Part shown: piece after piece, positions 58,048-64,000 of the stretch | Layout: each line of letters opens with the position of its first letter | Numbering within the stretch: position 1 is the first letter of the stretch | Assembly (NCBI GenBank): GCA_964410185.1 | Contig: CAYPFM010000004.1 | Location: forward strand, 4,134 to 68,133 | Direction of reading: 5' to 3' | DNA from: an uncultured Candidatus Saccharibacteria bacterium | GTDB lineage: Bacteria; Patescibacteriota; Saccharimonadia; Saccharimonadales; JAUPVS01 | Length of the DNA: 64,000 nucleotides | Notes under the pieces: generated by a model | Databases searched by the model: none | What the model was told of the DNA's origin: nothing | What the model saw: only the letters and a program-made list of their open reading frames with translations | Program-made: the position numbers and the translations under genes

Positions 58048-58950
58048 ATGAATAAGGTGATACTCTACTATAAATTCGTGCCCGTTGCCGACCCGGCAAT
58101 GACCGTCCGTTGGCAAAAAGAATTATGTGCCCGTTTAGGCCTAAAAGGTCGGATTATTGTTAGCCCCCACGGCATTAACGGTACGCTCGGCGATGACATC
58201 GAAAGCCTTCGCGAATATAAGCGCGAAATGAACCGTTCAGTAACCTTTAAGGACATTGTTTATAAGTGGAGTGACGGCACTGGTCATGATTTTCCTCGCC
58301 TCAGCGTCAAGGTGCGCGACGAGCTAGTTGCTTTTAAGGTACCCGAAATAAAGGTTGATGATAAGGGTGTGGTTGGCGGCGGCAAACACCTTAAACCTGA
58401 ACAGGTCCATAAGCTGGTTGAAGAGCGCGGTGATGACGTTGTCTTCTTTGATGGTCGTAATGCCTACGAAGCTGCTGTTGGTCGCTTTAAGGGCGCGGTC
58501 GTACCCGACACCAAAACAACCCATGATTTCGTAAAGGAAATTAGAAGCAAAAAATACGAAGATATTAAAGACAAGCCGGTCGTGACCTATTGTACTGGGG
58601 GCGTGCGCTGCGAAATCCTCAGCGTCATTATGAAGGAAGAGGGTTTTAAAGAGGTCTACCAGATGGACGGTGGTGTTGTGAAGTACGGCGAAAAGTACGG
58701 CGACGATGGCTTATGGGAAGGCACACTGCACATTTTTGATGATCGTATGCAGCACAAGTTCTCCGACAAGGCCGTTGATATCGGCGAGTGCGTCCACTGT
58801 GGTGGCAAAACCAGCAACTATATTAACTGTGCCAACATAGCCTGTAATCGCTTAGTGTTGGTTTGTGAAGCTTGTGACGATGGCCAAAGTGTCTGTGACA
58901 AAGCCGAATGTAAAAGCATGGTAAAGCATGAACAAGCAGCTCGAAGCTAA
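58048..58950 (+). CDS. trhO: rhodanese-domain protein, YceA/TrhO family (tRNA U34 hydroxylase-like)
   Basis: It has a UPF0176-like N-terminus, the rhodanese loop YCTGGVRCE and a C-terminal Cys cluster. Confidence 0.8.
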   Translation: MNKVILYYKFVPVADPAMTVRWQKELCARLGLKGRIIVSPHGINGTLGDDIESLREYKREMNRSVTFKDIVYKWSDGTGHDFPRLSVKVRDELVAFKVPEIKVDDKGVVGGGKHLKPEQVHKLVEERGDDVVFFDGRNAYEAAVGRFKGAVVPDTKTTHDFVKEIRSKKYEDIKDKPVVTYCTGGVRCEILSVIMKEEGFKEVYQMDGGVVKYGEKYGDDGLWEGTLHIFDDRMQHKFSDKAVDIGECVHCGGKTSNYINCANIACNRLVLVCEACDDGQSVCDKAECKSMVKHEQAARS

Positions 58951-60442
58951 GTTAGCCGAGCTCCCCAAAGACCCAGGCGTTTATTTTCACAAAGATAAAA
59001 CGGGTGAGATTATCTATATCGGTAAGGCGGCCAATCTTCGCAACCGTGTGCGACAGTACTTTCAGGTTAGCCGTGTTCGTGACCCCAAAACGGATGCCCT
59101 AGTGGCCGAAATTGTTGATGTTGAATGGATTACTGTCGAGACCGAAATGGATGCCCTTTTTTTAGAGGCAGAGCAGGTGCGTCGCTATCTGCCGCGCTAC
59201 AACATCCTGCTGCGCGATGACAAAAGCAGTAGTTACGTTCGCATCGACTACGAAAGCCAACACCCAACGGTTACAGTCACGCGCAGACCGCTGGATGATG
59301 GCGCTACCTACTATGGCCCCTACTTCAATACGGTGGCCGTTAAGCGGGCATTGAAATACCTCCGCAAACCATTCCCATATTCGACCCACACCAACAACAT
59401 ACCTAAACGGGCTTGCTTGTTGTATCACCTTGGGCTTTGCCCTGGACTCGAGGAGGACAAGACCAGCTTGGCCGATTATCGCGTTAATCTGCACAAACTT
59501 GCCAAATACCTCAAAGGGGAGCGCAGTCAGCTGATTCGTCAAGTCGAGCGCGAGATGAATGGCTACGCCAAAGCCGGTCAGTATGAGGAAGCCGCCGTGG
59601 CGCGCAATCAGCTGTTCGCCCTTAAGGGCTTGAGTCGGCAAATTATCTTTTCCGACAAGGAGTTTATGGACATCAGCAAAGACAAGGGATTATCTGGCCT
59701 GGCCGACTTGCTTGGTCTGAAAAAGGTGCCCAAACGGATCGAAGGTTACGATATTAGCCACATGTCTGGTACGGATACCGTGGCCAGTATGGTGGTATTT
59801 ACAAACGGTATTCCCGATAAAGCCGAGTATCGAAAATTCAAGATGCGTATTCCAGGTAATGACGATTTTGCCCATATGAACGAAGCAATAACGCGTCGGC
59901 TGAGTGAAAAAAACCGCAAAGCCTGGGGCACGCCCGATGTCTTCCTAATCGATGGCGGGAAGGGTCAACTGAGTGCGGCGATAAAGGCTCGTGACGTGGC
60001 CGGTTGCCAGCACATCCCCATGATTGGTTTAGCAAAGCGTGAGGAAGAAATTGTCATCCAACGGGACATGTCGGCAGTCACACTCAATCGAGAGGTTGTC
60101 CAGACGAGCAACGCTATGCTGACCCAAGACGATGCATTTATCAGAGTGCTCTTACCCAAATCATCGCACGTCGTTAAGCTGTTGCAGCGCATTAGGGATG
60201 AGTCGCACCGTTTTGCGGTCAGTTATCATAGTGTACTCAAAGCCAACCGGCAAACTAGCAGCATGCTTGATGATATCCCTACGATTGGTCCGGCGACGCG
60301 CAAGAAACTGCTCAAAACCTTCGGTTCGATGCGCGGACTATTGCAGGCTCGACAGATAGAAATCGAAAAACTGGTTGGTCCCACCAAGGCGGCCATCTTA
60401 AAGCAGTATCTTCATGCCTACAAGAAGCAAAATGGGCAATAA
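58928..60442 (+). CDS. uvrC: excinuclease ABC subunit C (compact, 504 aa)
   Basis: The GIY-YIG motif is GVYFHKDKTGEIIYIGKAANLRNR. A UVR-like helix (QYEEAAVARNQL) and a C-terminal HhH motif (IPTIGPATRKKLL) are present. Confidence 0.9.
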   Translation: MNKQLEAKLAELPKDPGVYFHKDKTGEIIYIGKAANLRNRVRQYFQVSRVRDPKTDALVAEIVDVEWITVETEMDALFLEAEQVRRYLPRYNILLRDDKSSSYVRIDYESQHPTVTVTRRPLDDGATYYGPYFNTVAVKRALKYLRKPFPYSTHTNNIPKRACLLYHLGLCPGLEEDKTSLADYRVNLHKLAKYLKGERSQLIRQVEREMNGYAKAGQYEEAAVARNQLFALKGLSRQIIFSDKEFMDISKDKGLSGLADLLGLKKVPKRIEGYDISHMSGTDTVASMVVFTNGIPDKAEYRKFKMRIPGNDDFAHMNEAITRRLSEKNRKAWGTPDVFLIDGGKGQLSAAIKARDVAGCQHIPMIGLAKREEEIVIQRDMSAVTLNREVVQTSNAMLTQDDAFIRVLLPKSSHVVKLLQRIRDESHRFAVSYHSVLKANRQTSSMLDDIPTIGPATRKKLLKTFGSMRGLLQARQIEIEKLVGPTKAAILKQYLHAYKKQNGQ

Positions 60443-60451
60443 TCGCTAGTT

Positions 60452-60460
60452 TGCTATAAT
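60452..60460 (+). promoter_or_regulatory. extended -10 box TGCTATAAT
   Basis: It lies 11 nt upstream of ATG 60472. Confidence 0.5.
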
Positions 60461-60471
60461 AGATTAAAGTT

Positions 60472-61695
60472 ATGTACCACCACTTCTCTTCGGAGTTCTT
60501 TGTGAGGAACCGCGCCCGTCTGCGCGAACTGTTTGTGGGAACCGCGCCAATCGTCCTCACTGCTAATGGTGTACTACAGCGTAACAGCGACGTAACCTTT
60601 CCGTTTCGCCAAGACAGCAGCTTCTGGTATCTAACCGGCATTAATGATCCGGGCGTGATTCTTGTGATGGACAAGGGGAAGGAATATCTCATTCTGCCCG
60701 AGCAAGAGAGCTACTTTGATATTTTTCACGGTGGCTACAACCAGGAGCAACTGCGCACAATCTCTGGCATCACAACAATCTACAATCAAGCCGATGGCTG
60801 GAAGCAGCTCGGCAACCGTCTTAAGCGAGTCAAGCACGTTGCAACGCTTGCGGCCTCACCAGCTTATGTGCAGCAACTCGGTTTTTATGCTAACCCGGCC
60901 CGTGCTCAGTTAATTACCCGCATCAAAGAAGAACGGAGTGATATCGAACTTCTGGACTTGCGACCGCAACTGTCATTGATGCGCGTCATAAAGCAGGCCC
61001 CTGAACTGGCGGCAATTCAAGAAGCCATTGATATTACTGTAAAGGGCCTCAAGTTTACCCAAAAACACACCTACGCCTACGAATATGAGGCCGAAGCCGC
61101 TCTGAGCACCATATTCCGCAAAGCCGGCGCTCGCGGTCATGGTTTTAGCCCGATTGTTTCGGCTGGCGCTCGTGCCTGTGCCCTCCACCAAGAAACTAAC
61201 GACGGTCCAATTGGGCCCAAGGAGCTGCTGACCCTGGATGTTGGCGCTGAAATTGACAATTATACGGCTGATATCACGCGCACCTACAGCCAGGGCAAGA
61301 ACCCGACCAAGCGTCAGCGTAATGTGCATGCTGCCGTATTGGCCGTACAGGAGTACGGATTCGGGTTGATCAAGCCTGGTGTAACTATCCGCGATAATGA
61401 AAAACTAGTTGAGCACTACATGGGTGAAAAACTGCGCGAACTCGGTCTGATTAAGACGATTGACCGTGACAGCGTGCGTGAATTCTTCCCACACGCCACA
61501 TCACATTACCTTGGTTTGGACGCCCATGACGCCGGCGACTATGATCGCCCACTCGAGCCAGGCATGGTGTTGACGGTTGAGCCAGGAATTTATATACCCA
61601 AAGAGGAAATTGGCGTTCGGATTGAGGACGACCTGCTGGTAACCAAAGATGGCTACAAGGTCCTAAGCGGTCGTCTGTCTCGCGATATCGCCTAA
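60472..61695 (+). CDS. pepP: Xaa-Pro aminopeptidase (M24 family)
   Basis: It carries DVGAEIDNYTADITRT, HATSHYLGLDAHD, VEPGIY and RIEDD. Confidence 0.85.
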   Translation: MYHHFSSEFFVRNRARLRELFVGTAPIVLTANGVLQRNSDVTFPFRQDSSFWYLTGINDPGVILVMDKGKEYLILPEQESYFDIFHGGYNQEQLRTISGITTIYNQADGWKQLGNRLKRVKHVATLAASPAYVQQLGFYANPARAQLITRIKEERSDIELLDLRPQLSLMRVIKQAPELAAIQEAIDITVKGLKFTQKHTYAYEYEAEAALSTIFRKAGARGHGFSPIVSAGARACALHQETNDGPIGPKELLTLDVGAEIDNYTADITRTYSQGKNPTKRQRNVHAAVLAVQEYGFGLIKPGVTIRDNEKLVEHYMGEKLRELGLIKTIDRDSVREFFPHATSHYLGLDAHDAGDYDRPLEPGMVLTVEPGIYIPKEEIGVRIEDDLLVTKDGYKVLSGRLSRDIA

Positions 61696-61696
61696 A

Positions 61697-61772
61697 GGCT
61701 AGAAACGATTCCTCAGACTGCGGCTTCGGCCTCATGGGCCTGCAGATGCAGTCTGAGGAATCGTTTCTAGCC
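61697..61772. repeat. conserved-core hairpin element, copy B
   Basis: A 24-bp perfect stem (GGCTAGAAACGATTCCTCAGACTG / its reverse complement) encloses the core CGGCTTCGGCCTCATGGGCCTGCAGATG. It begins 2 nt after the pepP stop. Confidence 0.85.
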
Positions 61773-61789
61773 TTGCGCAATACAAGAAT

Positions 61790-61867
61790 GAGTCTTGGAC
61801 AACACCTCTCCTTACATCTGCAGGCCCTTGAGGTCGAAGCCGTAAGGAGGGGTGTTGTCGGAGACTC
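61790..61867. repeat. conserved-core hairpin element, copy C (core inverted relative to copy B)
   Basis: A 25-position stem with 2 U.G pairs (plus-strand sense) and 1 mismatch encloses CATCTGCAGGCCCTTGAGGTCGAAGCCG. It ends 2 nt before a TGCTACAAT box. Confidence 0.8.
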
Positions 61868-61895
61868 GTGCTACAATAGTACTTAAGTTTATATT

Positions 61896-62267
61896 ATGAA
61901 TAGTGGCATCGGAAGATTTTTGGTTCGTTGGTTTGTCTGTGGCTTCGGCCTCTGGATAGCCGCTGCTCTATTGGGCAGTGGCCGCATTACCTTTGGCAAT
62001 GATTTTGTTGTCATTATCGTTTCTGGACTCTTGTTAGCCATTCTTAACACCGTTATTAAGCCCTTGGTCGTGCTGTTATCTTTGCCGGCTATTCTGTTTA
62101 GTTTGGGGTTATTCATGATTGTTATTAACGGTTTGATGGTACTCCTGGCCAGTCGACTTTACTCACCATTGCACGTTAACAACTTTGGCGCCGCGATGTT
62201 AGCCGGTATGGTGATCGGATTTGTGAACTATTTAGTCACTACCATCCTCGATAGCCAGCGCAGTTAA
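61896..62267 (+). CDS. 4-TM membrane protein (YvlD / phage-holin-4-like family)
   Basis: It has four hydrophobic segments. Its size and pattern resemble YvlD-type proteins. Confidence 0.65.
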   Translation: MNSGIGRFLVRWFVCGFGLWIAAALLGSGRITFGNDFVVIIVSGLLLAILNTVIKPLVVLLSLPAILFSLGLFMIVINGLMVLLASRLYSPLHVNNFGAAMLAGMVIGFVNYLVTTILDSQRS

Positions 62268-62306
62268 GCCTTTCCGACAAGCGCACTTTGCTCTACAATA
62301 GAACCA

Positions 62307-62519
62307 ATGAGTTTATATAACTATCTGACGATTGTTTCAGCGGTCATCCTTACTATATTGGTTCTCGTACAAACCCGTGGCGCAACCCTTGGTGCCGGTC
62401 TGGGTGGTGGCGGTGAAGTGAACACCGTACGACGCGGTTCCGACAAGACCCTCCATCAATTTACGATTATCATGGCCGTTGTCTTTTCGGTGTCAATTTT
62501 ACTGAGCGTGACAGTTTAG
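62307..62519 (+). CDS. secG: preprotein translocase subunit SecG
   Basis: This 70-aa protein has two TM segments and a central Gly-rich loop, GAGLGGGGE. A TACAAT box lies 7 nt upstream. Confidence 0.8.
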   Translation: MSLYNYLTIVSAVILTILVLVQTRGATLGAGLGGGGEVNTVRRGSDKTLHQFTIIMAVVFSVSILLSVTV

Positions 62520-62545
62520 CCGCAAGGCTAAGTAAGAGGTGGTGC

Positions 62546-64000
62546 ATGGTTGATCGAGCAACAAAACTCCGCTGGCGCAGACGCTTCCGACGTAGTCGTA
62601 AGCAAGTTGAGAATATTGGCGAGCAAGCCGAGCAACAGTTTGAAGAGCACTTAGTAGGGCGCCTGGGGCGTCTTTGGCAGGTGCGACGATTCTTGCTGGC
62701 CTGGGGTTTACTCATCACGCTTCTAATCAGCACCTTAGTAATTCAAACGCGCGGGCTGAGCGCCTACTATCAAACCCAACAGCCAATTCCAGGAGGCACC
62801 TACACCGAGGGTATCCTCGGAACCTTCACCACTGTTAATCCGCTGTATGCGACTGGCTCTGTTGATAGTTCTGTCTCGCGGCTCGTATTCAGCGGTCTCT
62901 TTAAATATAACGACCAAAACGCCTTGGTTGGTGACCTGGCTCAGTCATGGGCAGTCAACGAACGAGGTAATGTGTATACCGTTGTCTTAAAGCCAAATCT
63001 GCATTGGCAGGATGGACATGTGCTAACGGCTGCTGATGTAGTCTTTACTTACCAAACAATTCAAAATCCAGATGCCGAATCACCGTTATTCAATAGCTGG
63101 CAGGGAGTTAAAGTTGCTGCCGTCGATAGCCGAACGGTGACATTTACTTTACCGCAAGCACTCAGCTCATTCCCGTACTCGATGGTAAACGGCCTGATAC
63201 CGAGTCACATTCTTAAGAATACCCCGGTCACACAGCTGCGATCGATTCCATTCGATACGACCAATCCGGTTGGAGCTGGACCGTTTAGCTGGAAGACGAT
63301 TGAAGTAACCGGTAATGACACCGATAAACGTGAGGAAAGGGTTGCCTTAGCACCCAATAAATACTATGCCGGTGGTGAGCCGAAACTCGATGGTTTTATT
63401 GTGCGCGCCTTTCACAACCAGGATGCTCTGATTACAAGCTTTAACAAACAGGAACTTGATGCGGTGGTTGGTTTTAATAAGGTTCCGCCGCAAATTGCCG
63501 AGCATAGTTCGGTTCGTCAGTATAGCTTTCCGCTGACAAGCCAAACAATGATATTCATGAAGCTTGGTGATGGGCCGTTGGCTGATACGCAAGTGCGAAA
63601 AGCGCTAATTATGGCCACCAATGTTCCAAACATGATCAATAACCTTGGCTACCCAGCCCAAACAGTCGATGAACCATTGCTCCGCTCCCAGCCTGGTTAT
63701 GACCGGAGCTTCGCGCAGGCCGGCTTTAATCCAGGTCTTGCCAATCAGGCTCTCGATGCCGCTGGCTGGACGAGAGGCGCAGATGGTATGCGTAGCAAGG
63801 CTGGTCAACCACTGACATTCCGCCTCGTCACCGAAAATACACCTGAGTACACCACCGTGACAGATCAGCTCAAGAAAGACTGGAAAGACGTGGGCGTCAA
63901 TGTGCAGGTTAGTCTTCAGCCAGCCGGGGATTTGCAAACGGCCCTGGCTTTTCACACCTACGACGCGTTGCTCTACGGCATTTCGATTGGTGTTGATCCG
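62546..64000 (+). CDS. ABC transporter substrate-binding protein, family 5 (peptide/nickel type), N-terminal part (runs off 3' edge)
   Basis: The open frame from ATG 62546 to the window end is exactly 485 codons and is not in the supplied track. It has an Arg-rich N-terminus and a TM anchor. SBP_bac_5-like segments follow (YTEGILGTFTTVNPL, VKFTLPQ-like, NPVGAGPF). Confidence 0.8.
   Translation, partial: MVDRATKLRWRRRFRRSRKQVENIGEQAEQQFEEHLVGRLGRLWQVRRFLLAWGLLITLLISTLVIQTRGLSAYYQTQQPIPGGTYTEGILGTFTTVNPLYATGSVDSSVSRLVFSGLFKYNDQNALVGDLAQSWAVNERGNVYTVVLKPNLHWQDGHVLTAADVVFTYQTIQNPDAESPLFNSWQGVKVAAVDSRTVTFTLPQALSSFPYSMVNGLIPSHILKNTPVTQLRSIPFDTTNPVGAGPFSWKTIEVTGNDTDKREERVALAPNKYYAGGEPKLDGFIVRAFHNQDALITSFNKQELDAVVGFNKVPPQIAEHSSVRQYSFPLTSQTMIFMKLGDGPLADTQVRKALIMATNVPNMINNLGYPAQTVDEPLLRSQPGYDRSFAQAGFNPGLANQALDAAGWTRGADGMRSKAGQPLTFRLVTENTPEYTTVTDQLKKDWKDVGVNVQVSLQPAGDLQTALAFHTYDALLYGISIGVDP

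Noticed and set aside
61697-61867. A self-cleaving ribozyme (hammerhead, twister or similar) as an explanation for the conserved-core hairpins
   Set aside because: The hammerhead core boxes CUGAUGA and GAAA are absent, as are the other ribozyme signatures I know. The core is too small and is closed by a simple stem.
61944-61955. The 12-mer GGCTTCGGCCTC inside the YvlD-like gene, identical to part of hairpin core B, considered as a possible fifth copy
   Set aside because: It lies in a coding region (CGFGLWIA). It lacks the CTGCAG half of the core and any flanking inverted repeat. It is probably chance or a local similarity.

Overview
This window is a gene-dense bacterial chromosome segment of about 50% GC by hand spot counts. 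All assignments come from motif recognition in the supplied ORF translations; no database search was possible.

The gene set is minimal and housekeeping. Several proteins are compact versions: AlaRS lacks the C-Ala domain, and UvrC and AtpA are short. Many start codons sit a few nt downstream of TGnTATAAT boxes. Together these suggest a reduced genome such as Patescibacteria/CPR (Saccharibacteria-like). That lineage call is inference only.

The core genes, in order:
- Glycolysis: pyk (3' end), pgk, tpiA.
- pcrA, a NUDIX hydrolase, a DUF348/G5 cell-wall protein, rdgB, rsmA, and a MarR regulator with an MFS transporter.
- tmRNA, typA, a DEAD-box helicase, an RRM protein, trehalase, metG, tatD and a cysteine desulfurase.
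- F1Fo ATP synthase genes b-delta-alpha-gamma-beta-epsilon, with no a or c subunit genes.
- mnmA, alaS, ftsA, ruvX, mltG, a LysM/CHAP hydrolase, obg, sbcB, uvrA, uvrC and pepP.
- Three MsbA-like ABC exporters, a DedA protein, rplY, trhO, secG and a family-5 solute-binding protein.

The main accessory finding is a 4753-bp integrative element inserted in the 3' end of the tmRNA gene. It is bounded by a 10-bp direct repeat, AGCTCCACCA, at 9956-9965 and 14709-14718.
- Its large serine recombinase gene reads across attL into antisense tmRNA sequence.
- The apparent authentic 3' coding end of that gene lies in the same frame at attR, so excision would rebuild a different integrase C-terminus.
- The element carries an uncharacterised cargo of three genes: a membrane protein, a 189-aa protein and a 296-aa protein with a glycine-zipper segment. 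This cargo is the best candidate for a novel defence, abortive-infection or toxin system.
- It also contains a roughly 620-bp structured non-coding region.

The second notable signal is a four-copy family of intergenic hairpin elements at operon boundaries. Each has a conserved 25-28-nt core, TCTGCAG-[G/A]CC-N4-5-GG[T/C]C-GAAG[C/T]C, which contains a small hairpin supported by covariation. The outer stems are long and unrelated in sequence.

No rRNA genes, tRNA genes or CRISPR arrays were seen.
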